Assembly: GCA_051313645.2 (NCBI GenBank)
Contig: JBNRSN020000014.1
Coordinates: 145,390,001 to 145,454,000, forward strand
Reading direction: 5' to 3'
Source of the DNA: Centroscyllium fabricii
Taxonomy: Eukaryota
Length of the DNA: 64,000 bases
The translations under genes were made by a program, and so were the position numbers. Numbering within the stretch: the stretch's first letter is position 1; each line of letters starts with the position of its first letter. This document shows, piece by piece, positions 59,601 through 64,000 of the stretch. The notes below the pieces were generated by a model. It searched no databases and was not told the origin of the DNA. It saw only the letters and a list, made by a program, of their open reading frames with translations.

Positions 59601-61800
59601 TCCATTGACATTTTAGCCTCTGGGGCAAGATGTTTGGTCCATTGAGATTGTGTGCAGTGGGAAGCAGTTTGGTCTGTTGTAATTTTATACAATGAGTGAA
59701 TGGGTAGGGGTTTGAACCATTGGGATTCTGTTTAATGGGAATGATTGGGAAGGACCTTGGTTCATTGGCCTGCACTATAGATTCAAGCTGTGAATTGACT
59801 TGTATCTGCCCAGCCAGTGATGTACCAATAATGCGGTGGGCTTGATGGTCGTTGTGCTTTATTTTCAGGGTTATCAGGTTCCTGTTCTTGGTCACCCTGC
59901 TTCACATGGACAGTCCATACCCACAACAGGTTTGTTTTTTCGGAAATGGTTTTCAGATTGACTTCTCATTATAAAAACTGAATCGAAGCATTAAATTCTG
60001 TGAACTTTATGTTTAGGTCAGCCAATGAGGACCAGTGGTGTTCGACCACCAGGAAACAGACCTGGCTGGGAAGTGTAAGTAGGAAACTTACTAGAGTTAC
60101 TGTGTCCGAACTCAACAATTAGACCTTCCTGGCTAGTTTTCAATTTTACAGAAACATAAACTCTTTCTGAATTCTGCTGAATTTGTACTCTTTCATATTT
60201 TTGGGTATGGAACTTTTTCCTTTTTGGCACAACTAGCGAGCAATCCCAGGGTCGGGGTTAGATGCTGATTGGAACTCCTTTTTACCCTGACCACCAAACA
60301 CTCCCAGGTTGAGTATAACACACAATAAAGCTCTCCGTGGTTTCCCGTAACATTCTACCATGGCCCCAACTTTAGAGAGGCATCTTTACTGCCCCACTGT
60401 CGCGTTTCTGGTTCCCCACACCGGTCGTTGTGGCTTCTCCGTGTGCATTTGACATTTTGAATTGTGAGCACTTTTACACTGTCTACTTGAACTCACTAGC
60501 GACGTTCCCGTTAAGCTGTGTGGCGGTCTGGAGGTCCTGCGCAGACCGCTCACTGGCCTTTGTATGGAAGAAACCACGCACGCCCAAAAATTTGAATGGG
60601 CGTGCAGCCTGATAATGGGGCTGCGCACCAATAGAAAATAAGAGGAAACATTGCCCACTCGGTCTTGGGGTGAGACTGCCCCCAAACACATTTTTGTGGG
60701 AATTCTTGCAGCCTGTAGAGAGAAGAGACGTTCATCCCATCGGTCTGGGTTAGATTCAAAGCCAGGTCACAGCAGTCGGACTGTATGCTGAATCGCAGGT
60801 AGTTGATGGTGTTGAACACTGATTTAATGTGATGAAACCCAATGTAAATGAAATTAATACTTTCCATCTCCCCCATTCCACTCCATCTAATCACCAAAAT
60901 AAAGCTGTTGTATAGCTGATCAGTACAGTTAGATTTAGCTGATTTCAGCTTTGATTCCATAGAAATATGGTTATAGAAATCATTGTATTTCAAATGGCAC
61001 TGACTCTTTTGGGCATTCTTAACTGTTTCATTCAGATCTTTATATTTGCATTTTTTCAGTAAATCTTTATTCCATTTAAGTATATATTTTTATCGTGACA
61101 GGTTGCAGTGAGTACAGTTCTGTAGTTTTTCCGAGAGCAATATGAATTCGGAGTGAAATGACTTTCAGCTCACTTTCTGCTTGAGCTGCCCACAAGGATC
61201 TCTGGGAGCTGGTGTTGTTTCTGACGTCTTGGCTTCCAGCTTTCCCACAGGACAGTGAAGCATTTACCCAGACATACCATGTTTAAGAATATCCACCAGT
61301 GCATCTCTATTGATGGAAAGTGGGCATCGCATTGGAAACGTTAACCCTTCTCTTTCAGATGCTTACAGATCTGCTGCTGTTCCCGCATCTCAGGATTTCT
61401 GTTTATCTCTGACGCCTTTCTAACTCTCTTCCACTAGGCCATCCAACAGAGGGCATCAACCGAGTGATCGAGTTCCAAGAAGCCGAACGCAGGCCATTAC
61501 AAACCCCCCGCCAGTGTACGTGCATCCCCCAGCCCTGTATCCTCCGCCACCTCACCCAGTTCCTCCCCCCCCGGGAGTGCCTCCCCCTCAGTTTCCTCCA
61601 CAGTTTCCTCCTGGCCAACCCCCACCCACGGGATTTAGCGTCCCCCCTCCAGGATTCCCTCCAGCTCCGGCCACGATAGCCGCCCCATGGGTGCCTCCTG
61701 CCACCCCAGCAGCCCCTGCCAGTGCAATACCAACAGTCACACAAGTACCTCCCCTGTCCAGGGAAGAGTTCTACAGGGAGCAGCGACGGATGAAAGAGGA
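5493..61800 (+). CDS. RBBP6: RBBP6 E3 ubiquitin-protein ligase, 3'-partial spliced CDS: join(5493..5658,12596..12695,18840..18876,40863..40907,48650..48738,48844..48940,49670..49809,50493..50665,52081..52184,52550..52938,58814..58904,59869..59929,60017..60074,61438..61800)
   Basis: The joined exons give one open frame (1913 nt, 637 codons plus 2 nt) from [25 protein letters not shown] to [17 protein letters not shown]. All introns are GT-AG with matching phases. Domain order DWNN, zinc knuckle, RING, Pro-rich is that of vertebrate RBBP6. No downstream coding exon found before 64000. Confidence 0.97.
6760..8600 (+). mobile_element. Degenerate L2-clade LINE 3' part, interrupted at 7586-8448
   Basis: LHWFPV..LNFKI and [16 protein letters not shown] motifs; 3' UTR matches the reverse complement of the copy at 20545-20760. 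Confidence 0.75.
7586..8448 (+). mobile_element. Non-coding GC-rich retro-derived element with a ~66-bp internal minisatellite and TGACAATAAA tail
   Basis: Cleanly splits the L2 3' region; about 4 tandem units at 7864-8130; tail GTGTGACAATAAAATTT resembles the Rex1-type tail at 63465. Confidence 0.6.
8849..9241 (-). mobile_element. V-SINE (HE1-like) with CR1-derived tail
   Basis: tRNA-like head with A/B boxes, V-domain TGTGGAGTTTGCACATTCTCCCCGTGTCTGCGTGGGTTTCCTCCGGGTGCTCCGGTTTCCTCCCAC, CR1 3' tail. Confidence 0.9.
10290..10915 (+). mobile_element. CR1 LINE 3' fragment (older subfamily)
   Basis: ORF 10503..10847: [19 protein letters not shown]...TRGH...[13 protein letters not shown]. Confidence 0.85.
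11030..11470 (+). mobile_element. tRNA-derived SINE, same family as 23920-24390 (older copy)
   Basis: Head GTAGTAGTTATGTCACTGGACTAG...GTTCAAATC; core AAAACCCAACTGG...GTGACTCCAG...ATGTGGTTGACTCTT; LINE-like tail ending (AATA)n. Confidence 0.8.
12596..12695 (+). CDS. RBBP6: RBBP6 coding exon 2 (DWNN C-half, di-Gly G78-G79), 100 nt
   Basis: ttctttacag| [33 protein letters not shown](I) |gtaagt. Confidence 0.97.
14367..15120 (-). mobile_element. CR1/L2-group LINE ORF2 3' fragment, partner of the 23920 SINE
   Basis: ORF 14434..15159: [16 protein letters not shown]...[17 protein letters not shown]...[13 protein letters not shown]; 3' UTR with A-rich end. Confidence 0.85.
15120..16575 (+). mobile_element. 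Degenerate CR1 RT/3' fragment interrupted by a Penelope-like insertion
   Basis: [37 protein letters not shown] and VRLWNLLP motifs in broken frames. Confidence 0.8.
15456..15885 (-). mobile_element. Penelope-like insertion, family B, with inverted terminal segments
   Basis: 10-bp direct repeat CTAAAAGTAA (15446-15455, 15886-15895); inverted ends; degenerate hammerhead core on - at 15524-15558. Confidence 0.7.
17213..17545. mobile_element. Tigger/pogo-like MITE, copy 2
   Basis: TA-CAGGTTGA...TGCTGGATTAACGGTGCTCAACCTG-TA; interior similar to copy 1. Confidence 0.85.
17560..18150 (-). mobile_element. Degenerate DeuSINE (SacSINE1-like), split by a V-SINE
   Basis: CCCTGCTCTTC...CATGGGAT...ACATCCAC and CTCAGTACTGTACTGGAGTGTCAGCCT; the latter motif is shared with 27375-27720. 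Confidence 0.6.
17702..17987 (+). mobile_element. V-SINE (HE1-like)
   Basis: GGCACGGTGGCATAGTGGTTAG head, GGTTCAAA B box, V-domain, tail CTGCACTGTAGGGGTTCTATGA. Confidence 0.9.
18840..18876 (+). CDS. RBBP6: RBBP6 coding exon 3, 37 nt
   Basis: gctttccag| (I)[12 protein letters not shown] |gtatgt; phase 2 in, phase 0 out. Confidence 0.93.
18877..18954 (+). CDS. RBBP6: Intron-3 read-through C-terminus of a short DWNN-only RBBP6 isoform (isoform-3 equivalent, 126 aa total)
   Basis: In-frame continuation [25 protein letters not shown]-stop resembles the recalled human isoform-3 tail VCKNTISHFFYTLLLPL. AATAAA at 19365, 19708 and 19956. Confidence 0.7.
   Translation, partial: VCKTKIQSEPFFSLFVKSKLLFLNE
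19365..19370 (+). terminator. Candidate intronic poly(A) signal for the short isoform
   Basis: First AATAAA after the read-through stop. TGTA elements upstream (near 19211, 19226, 19332) and U/GU-rich sequence downstream. Confidence 0.5.
20545..21290 (-). mobile_element. L2-clade LINE 3' fragment
   Basis: ORF 20870..21349: [32 protein letters not shown]...[23 protein letters not shown], typical of L2 RT C-terminus. Confidence 0.88.
21525..21560 (+). ncRNA. Minimal type-I hammerhead ribozyme motif
   Basis: CAC-CUGACGA-C-GGAGC(AGC)GCUCC-GAA-AGCU-U-GUG: core boxes, perfect 5-bp stem II, palindromic AGCU stem III, stem I CAC/GUG. Confidence 0.65.
21584..21965. mobile_element. Tigger/pogo-like MITE, copy 3 (NRF1/YY1-rich interior)
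   Basis: TA-CAGGTTGAAGTTCGTTAATCCGGCAC and GTGCCGGATTAACGATCTTCAACCTG-TA; inserted at the TA of GG(A/T)CTATAACC in the host arm. Confidence 0.9.
22312..22748 (-). mobile_element. CR1 LINE 3' fragment
   Basis: ORF 22408..22737 ORF2 C-terminus; (TTCTATGA)n tail. Confidence 0.9.
22895..23309. mobile_element. Tigger/pogo-like MITE, copy 4 (internal ~31-bp tandem repeat x4)
   Basis: TA-CAGGTTGCGCACCGTTAATCCGGCA and TGCCGGATTACTGGTGCCCAACCTG-TA; GGGAGAGGCCCGCGCATGGCGGGGTGCTGCC repeats at 23081-23205. Confidence 0.9.
23920..24390 (+). mobile_element. tRNA-derived SINE (conserved-core type, tentatively Meta/SlmI-like) with LINE-shared tail
   Basis: A box TGGCGTAGTGG, B box GGTTTAAATCC, core CCCATCTGGTTCACTAATGTCCTTCAGGGAAGGAAATCTGCC; tail nearly identical to the 3' end of the LINE at 14367-14515. 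Confidence 0.85.
25582..26193. mobile_element. Tigger/pogo-like MITE, copy 5 (612 bp, CpG-rich)
   Basis: TA-CAGGTTGAGCACCGTTAATCCGGCA and GGTTAACGGTGCTCAACCTG-TA. Confidence 0.9.
26205..26650. mobile_element. Penelope-like palindromic insertion, family A
   Basis: Inverted arms; direct repeat ATACCAAGTA (26195-26204, 26651-26660); hammerhead on - (26293-26329) with GAAA changed to GAAG. Confidence 0.8.
27375..27720 (-). mobile_element. Degenerate DeuSINE (SacSINE1-like)
   Basis: CTGAAAGACCGCACCTCTGACAATGCAGCACT...TACTGTACTGGAGTGT is the recalled Deu-domain antisense signature. Confidence 0.7.
29119..29509 (-). mobile_element. V-SINE (HE1-like) with CR1 tail
   Basis: Near-identical to 8849-9241 and 44981-45372. 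Confidence 0.9.
29897..30140. mobile_element. Penelope-like palindromic insertion, family A
   Basis: About 65-bp perfect inverted arms; 12-bp direct repeat TGTTCTGCTAAA (29885-29896, 30141-30152). Confidence 0.82.
30030..30067 (+). ncRNA. Minimal type-I hammerhead ribozyme motif
   Basis: UCAC-CUGACGA-A-GGGGC(AGAC)GCUCC-GAA-AGCU-U-GUGA: stem I UCAC/GUGA, stem II with one G-U pair, palindromic AGCU. Confidence 0.65.
32396..32463 (-). repeat. (GAACACAA)n-like 8-bp microsatellite, CR1 3' terminal repeat
   Basis: Imperfect tandem GAACACAA units directly after the CR1 tail. Confidence 0.8.
32464..34482 (-). mobile_element. Young 5'-truncated CR1 LINE with near-intact RT ORF
   Basis: ORF 32861..34504 (547 aa): [53 protein letters not shown]; single TGG-to-TGA stop near the end; extended 3' UTR. 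Confidence 0.95.
32593..32711 (-). other. Structured RNA module in a CR1 3' UTR
   Basis: Perfect 12-bp closing stem GTGATCTCCTGG/CCAGGAGATCAC enclosing four further stems. Confidence 0.6.
34536..34835 (-). mobile_element. V-SINE (HE1-like)
   Basis: V-domain plus CTGCACTGTAGGGATTCT tail. Confidence 0.9.
34836..37745 (-). mobile_element. Head-to-tail stack of CR1 3' fragments (34836-35280, 35705-36080, 36100-37075, 37076-37745)
   Basis: ORFs 34857..35240, 35797..36108, 36189..37076 and 37219..37764 are all CR1 ORF2 RT or C-terminal segments on -. Confidence 0.9.
38705..38821. mobile_element. hAT-superfamily MITE (117 bp)
   Basis: TIRs CAATGTTC... and ...AGGGAACATTG; perfect 8-bp TSD GTGTCCAC (38697-38704, 38822-38829). 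Confidence 0.85.
39062..39384. mobile_element. Tigger/pogo-like MITE, copy 6
   Basis: TA-CAGGTTGAGCACCGTTAATCTGGCA and TGCCGGATTAACAGTGCTCAACCTG-TA; interior is the reverse orientation of copies 1 and 2. Confidence 0.9.
40730..40750 (+). CDS. RBBP6: Candidate in-frame 21-nt cassette microexon (YKRMLMQ)
   Basis: cactaactatggacag|TATAAAAGAATGCTTATGCAG|gtgagt; phase 0-0, no stop, 112 nt upstream of exon 4. Confidence 0.5.
40863..40907 (+). CDS. RBBP6: RBBP6 coding exon 4, 45 nt
   Basis: ccattaacag| [15 protein letters not shown] |gtagaa. Confidence 0.96.
43406..43777. mobile_element. Tc1-mariner-like MITE, second subfamily, with ~50-bp tandem repeats
   Basis: TA-CAGGAAACT... and TGCCGGTAAATCGAGAGTTTTCTG-TA; three internal units carrying GTTGCTTAGCA(AC). 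Confidence 0.7.
44981..45372 (+). mobile_element. V-SINE (HE1-like) inserted into a LINE 3' fragment (44770-45430, -)
   Basis: GGGCGGCATGGTGGCGCAGTGG head, V-domain, CR1 tail; flanks rejoin as the 14367-type LINE end. Confidence 0.9.
45655..46868 (+). mobile_element. CR1 LINE RT/3' fragment (frameshifted)
   Basis: [32 protein letters not shown] and VRPHLEY motifs across several short ORFs. Confidence 0.9.
48650..48738 (+). CDS. RBBP6: RBBP6 coding exon 5, 89 nt
   Basis: atcaaacag| [29 protein letters not shown](N) |gtaagt. Confidence 0.97.
48844..48940 (+). CDS. RBBP6: RBBP6 coding exon 6 (CCHC zinc knuckle), 97 nt
   Basis: tctttcgtag| [32 protein letters not shown] |gtgggt. Confidence 0.97.
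49670..49809 (+). CDS. RBBP6: RBBP6 coding exon 7, 140 nt
   Basis: aaattcag| [46 protein letters not shown](A) |gtaagt. Confidence 0.97.
50493..50665 (+). CDS. RBBP6: RBBP6 coding exon 8 (RING N-half), 173 nt
   Basis: tattctag| [57 protein letters not shown](C) |gtaagt. Confidence 0.97.
50760..51995 (-). mobile_element. CR1 3' fragment with nested V-SINE (51369-51674)
   Basis: ORF 50852..51178 and the chimeric ORF 51503..52228; V-domain at 51520-51590. Confidence 0.9.
52081..52184 (+). CDS. RBBP6: RBBP6 coding exon 9 (RING C-half), 104 nt
   Basis: gtgtgcag| (C)[34 protein letters not shown] |gtattg. Confidence 0.97.
52550..52938 (+). CDS. RBBP6: RBBP6 coding exon 10 (Q/P/S/T-rich linker), 389 nt
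   Basis: tatttgcag| [24 protein letters not shown]...PKYEEGDN(L) |gtaagt; phase 2 out. Confidence 0.93.
53019..53287. mobile_element. Tigger4/Zombi-like MITE
   Basis: TA-CAGGTGCACAATCCCTTATCCG and CGGATAAGGGGTTGTGTACCTG-TA. Confidence 0.88.
54215..58413 (+). mobile_element. Long decayed CR1 (EN C-half, RT, tail) with an inverted ORF1 piece at the 5' end, split by a 1.37-kb insertion
   Basis: MGDFNL...GRSDHNMI endonuclease motifs (54571..54957), RT motifs 55349-56214, resuming at about 57590 through the tail at 58413. Confidence 0.9.
56216..57590 (-). mobile_element. Non-autonomous GC-rich retroelement with a 41-bp minisatellite and Rex1-type tail
   Basis: Interrupts CR1 at TTGGACAAAT|GGGTGATTGGG; on - it ends TGACAATAAATTGAAT...GTGACAAATAAAATTGAATTGAA; tandem units at 56430-56750. 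Confidence 0.7.
58814..58904 (+). CDS. RBBP6: RBBP6 coding exon 11 (divergent), 91 nt
   Basis: ttgtttcccttag| (L)[30 protein letters not shown] |gtatgt. Supplies the required phase 2 to phase 0 bridge with good splice sites; similarity to human is weak. Confidence 0.75.
59869..59929 (+). CDS. RBBP6: RBBP6 coding exon 12, 61 nt
   Basis: attttcag| [20 protein letters not shown](G) |gtttgt; matches recalled human GYQVPVLG...HGQLIPTTG. Confidence 0.93.
60017..60074 (+). CDS. RBBP6: RBBP6 coding exon 13, 58 nt
   Basis: atgtttag| (G)[18 protein letters not shown](V) |gtaagt; conserved RPGWE motif. Confidence 0.93.
61438..61800 (+). CDS. RBBP6: RBBP6 Pro-rich coding exon (human exon-15 equivalent), 363 nt
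   Basis: cttccactag| [15 protein letters not shown]...[31 protein letters not shown]...[17 protein letters not shown](E) |gtaagt. Confidence 0.96.
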
Positions 61801-61969
61801 GTAAGTGAATAAGTTGGTTTGAAAGTCTCTCATTTCTGCTGTCAGTAGATAGTATATATACGGTGTTCTTCCTTTGGGAAGCTGGCGACCGTTGAAATGT
61901 CATCAGATGTATTATTTGCGCCATAACTGTTGAAAATCTGAAATAAAAATAAAATACAGATAGTATTTA

Positions 61970-62800
61970 TCACTTTACCAACTTAGCGGAGTAACCACTA
62001 ACACTACTGGTATCAACCAGCCCCAGGACAGTGACGCCCTAGCACTCAGAATCCGACCCAACACAATTATTACTACACAAAAAGAAAAATACTTGAATTA
62101 CTGGACAGAAATGACAAAAACCCAAAACAAACTAGATTGTTATTTGTCCCTAAACAGACAGTACACCATGGCTGATTACCTGACCATGGTGAAAGATAGG
62201 AAACTGAGAAAAACCCTGAGCACAGCCTAGCCATCGAAAAAGGCAGACACAGAAAGACTTGGCTGCCCAGAGAGGAAAGGCTGTGCTCCCACTGCAGTCA
62301 GGGAGCGGTGGAGACAGAGCTGCACTTCCTCACAACTTGCGAAAACTATCAGGGAATAAGGGGAAATTTCTTCCCAAAATTTGCAACAACATGCCCTGAA
62401 TTCAAAAATCTGAACGACCACCAAAAACTCCCATATCTATTGGGGGAACAGAGGGACTGTATAAAATTAGCAGCAAACTACGTCACAGCTTGCCATAAGC
62501 AGAGGGACAACCAGTGACCATTGAAGCTAGGAAGAGCATACAAGCTCTATATGCGGGTATATATGTATGTGTTTGCGTAGCTATTCATTCAATACGTCTG
62601 GTTATGCATTTGTATGTCCAATTGTATATGTTCTTTTTAGATTTATATGCGGGTTTTTATGTGTATGTGTTCGCATAGTTATTCATTCAATACGTCTGGT
62701 TATGCATTTGTATGTCCAACTGTGTTCTTTTTCTGTGCTTTGGCAACATAGGATGTATCTTGTCATGCCAATAAAGCAATTTGAATTGAATTGAATTGAA
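61970..62800 (+). mobile_element. RTE-X-like LINE 3' fragment
   Basis: KYLNYW...KLDCYLSLNRQY..ADYL and HSLAIEKGRH..TWLPREERLCSHC....VETELHFLTTC (C-terminal CCHC); tail ATGCCAATAAAGCAAT(TTGAA)n. Confidence 0.75.
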
Positions 62801-62859
62801 AATAGTGCAGACACAATGGGCCGAATGGCCGCCTCCTGTGCCATAAATTTCTTTGCTTC

Positions 62860-63020
62860 TAGCACATCGCAGGTTATTCAGCACACATGAGAAAGAAAGG
62901 TTAATGTTTCAGATGTGGCCCTTCATCAGAACTGTTCTGCTGATTTTCTACCCCAGACATTAAAACGCTGAGTCTTTCAGATGCCGACTGATCCGCTGCA
63001 CGCGTTCATCATTTTCTAGC
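62860..63020. mobile_element. Penelope-like family B inverted remnant with hammerhead core on - (62900-62932)
   Basis: On -: GUU-CUGAUGA-AGGGCCACAUCU-GAAACAUU-AAC. Confidence 0.55.
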
Positions 63021-63464
63021 AGGAATTGCATTATCTCAAATTAAAGTTCAGCCGCTAATCTCGGGAGTCATGCTGATAGTTACTGTGAGGCTGAAGAGTC
63101 TTCCAGCTGTATCTTGTATGTTCTGTTTCAGCAGCCAATGACTTGTGTGCACGGTGCACTTTGTGCTTCTGTGAGGTCCTGGTATAAGCATACAAAAAGC
63201 TGTTTTAAGAGTTTACCTTGTTGACCCTTGTCTGCAGGGCAGGAGCCCATAGTAATTGCAAAAAAAAGGTTAAAACAAAAATCTGTCTGTAAAGACCAGC
63301 ATTTCATTCAGTGTGCCCCATTAGTCACGAGAACATAAGAATCAGGAGTCGGCCATATGGTTCCTCGAACCTGCTCTGCCATTCAATATGATCACGGCTG
63401 ATCATCAACCTCAACTCCACTTTCCCGCCCGATCCCCATTCCCCGAGAGTCCAAAAATCTATCT

Positions 63465-64000
63465 TCAATTCAAGTTTTATTGTCATTGCAGAGTACTATT
63501 ACAATACAACGAGACGAAGACTCGACGCTCCCTAGAGTAGTGCAAATAAATTACATGCAAATTGCATACAGTAAAGTACATTTTCAGGTGTGCAGGTACC
63601 GGAGTTTATTTTTAGAGTTCAGGAGGCTGACAGCCCTGGGGAAGAAGCTGTTCTTAAATCTAGTCGTGCGGGTGCGAATTGATCTGTAACGTCTCCCGGA
63701 GGGCAGGGGGGCGAACAGACTGTGGCTGGGGTGTGTGGGGTCTTTAATAATGTTCAGAGACCTCCGTAGGCAGCGTTTGAGGTAGATGCTTTCCATTGAC
63801 GGTAGCTGGGTGCCGGTGATTCGTTGGGCAGTTTTGACTACCCGCTGCAGGGTCTTCCGGTCCGAGATGGTGCAATTTCCATACCAGACTGTGATGCAGC
63901 TTGTCAGTATGCTTTCGATTGTGCAGCGGTAGAAGTTGGAGAGGATGCCGGATGACAGCCTGGCTTTCTTCAGCTTCTTTAGGAAGTACAGGCGCTGTTG
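63465..64000 (-). mobile_element. Rex1/Babar-clade LINE 3' end (continues beyond the window)
   Basis: ORF 63584..63796: RCLRR..NIIKDPTHPSHSLFAPLPSGRRYRSIRTRTTRFKNSFFPRAVSLLN; tail TGACAATAAAACTTGAATTGAA. Confidence 0.88.

Noticed and set aside
60719-60748. Possible 24- or 30-nt phase-2 microexon (EKRRSSHR)
   Set aside because: Weak donors (GTCTGG, GTTAGA), a competing upstream CAG, and only superficial likeness to human exon 14.
61369-61437. Alternative acceptor 69 nt upstream of the Pro-rich exon
   Set aside because: In frame but contains a TAA stop and lies in a decayed Penelope-like relic.
61403-61924. 173-aa minus-strand ORF
   Set aside because: Antisense shadow of the Pro-rich RBBP6 exon (CCN codons read as Gly/Arg/Trp).

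Overview
Vertebrate genomic DNA, almost certainly from a cartilaginous fish (shark-type V-SINE/HE1, DeuSINE and CR1 repeats; inferred, not database-checked). The window holds the 5' part of one + strand gene, RBBP6 (E3 ligase and pre-mRNA 3'-processing factor). There is a CpG-island promoter at about 3.9-4.7 kb and 14 coding exons from 5493 to 61800 (1913 nt, all GT-AG, phases consistent). These encode the DWNN ubiquitin-like domain, a CCHC zinc knuckle, a C4C4 RING and the Pro-rich region; the RS, Rb-binding and p53-binding exons lie beyond the window. Introns are filled with CR1, L2, Rex1-like and RTE-X-like LINE fragments, three SINE families, Tigger/pogo-like MITEs, a hAT MITE and Penelope-like palindromic insertions. 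Most notable: (1) an intron-3 read-through and poly(A) module matching the human DWNN-only isoform 3; (2) a candidate in-frame 21-nt microexon with a perfect donor and an ACUAAC motif; (3) small TSD-flanked Penelope-like insertions carrying minimal type-I hammerhead ribozyme cores, two of them intact on the pre-mRNA strand; (4) a 119-nt multi-stem RNA module in one CR1 3' UTR; (5) a promoter with three PBX/PKNOX decamers. All family names and human comparisons are recalled knowledge; no searches were run.
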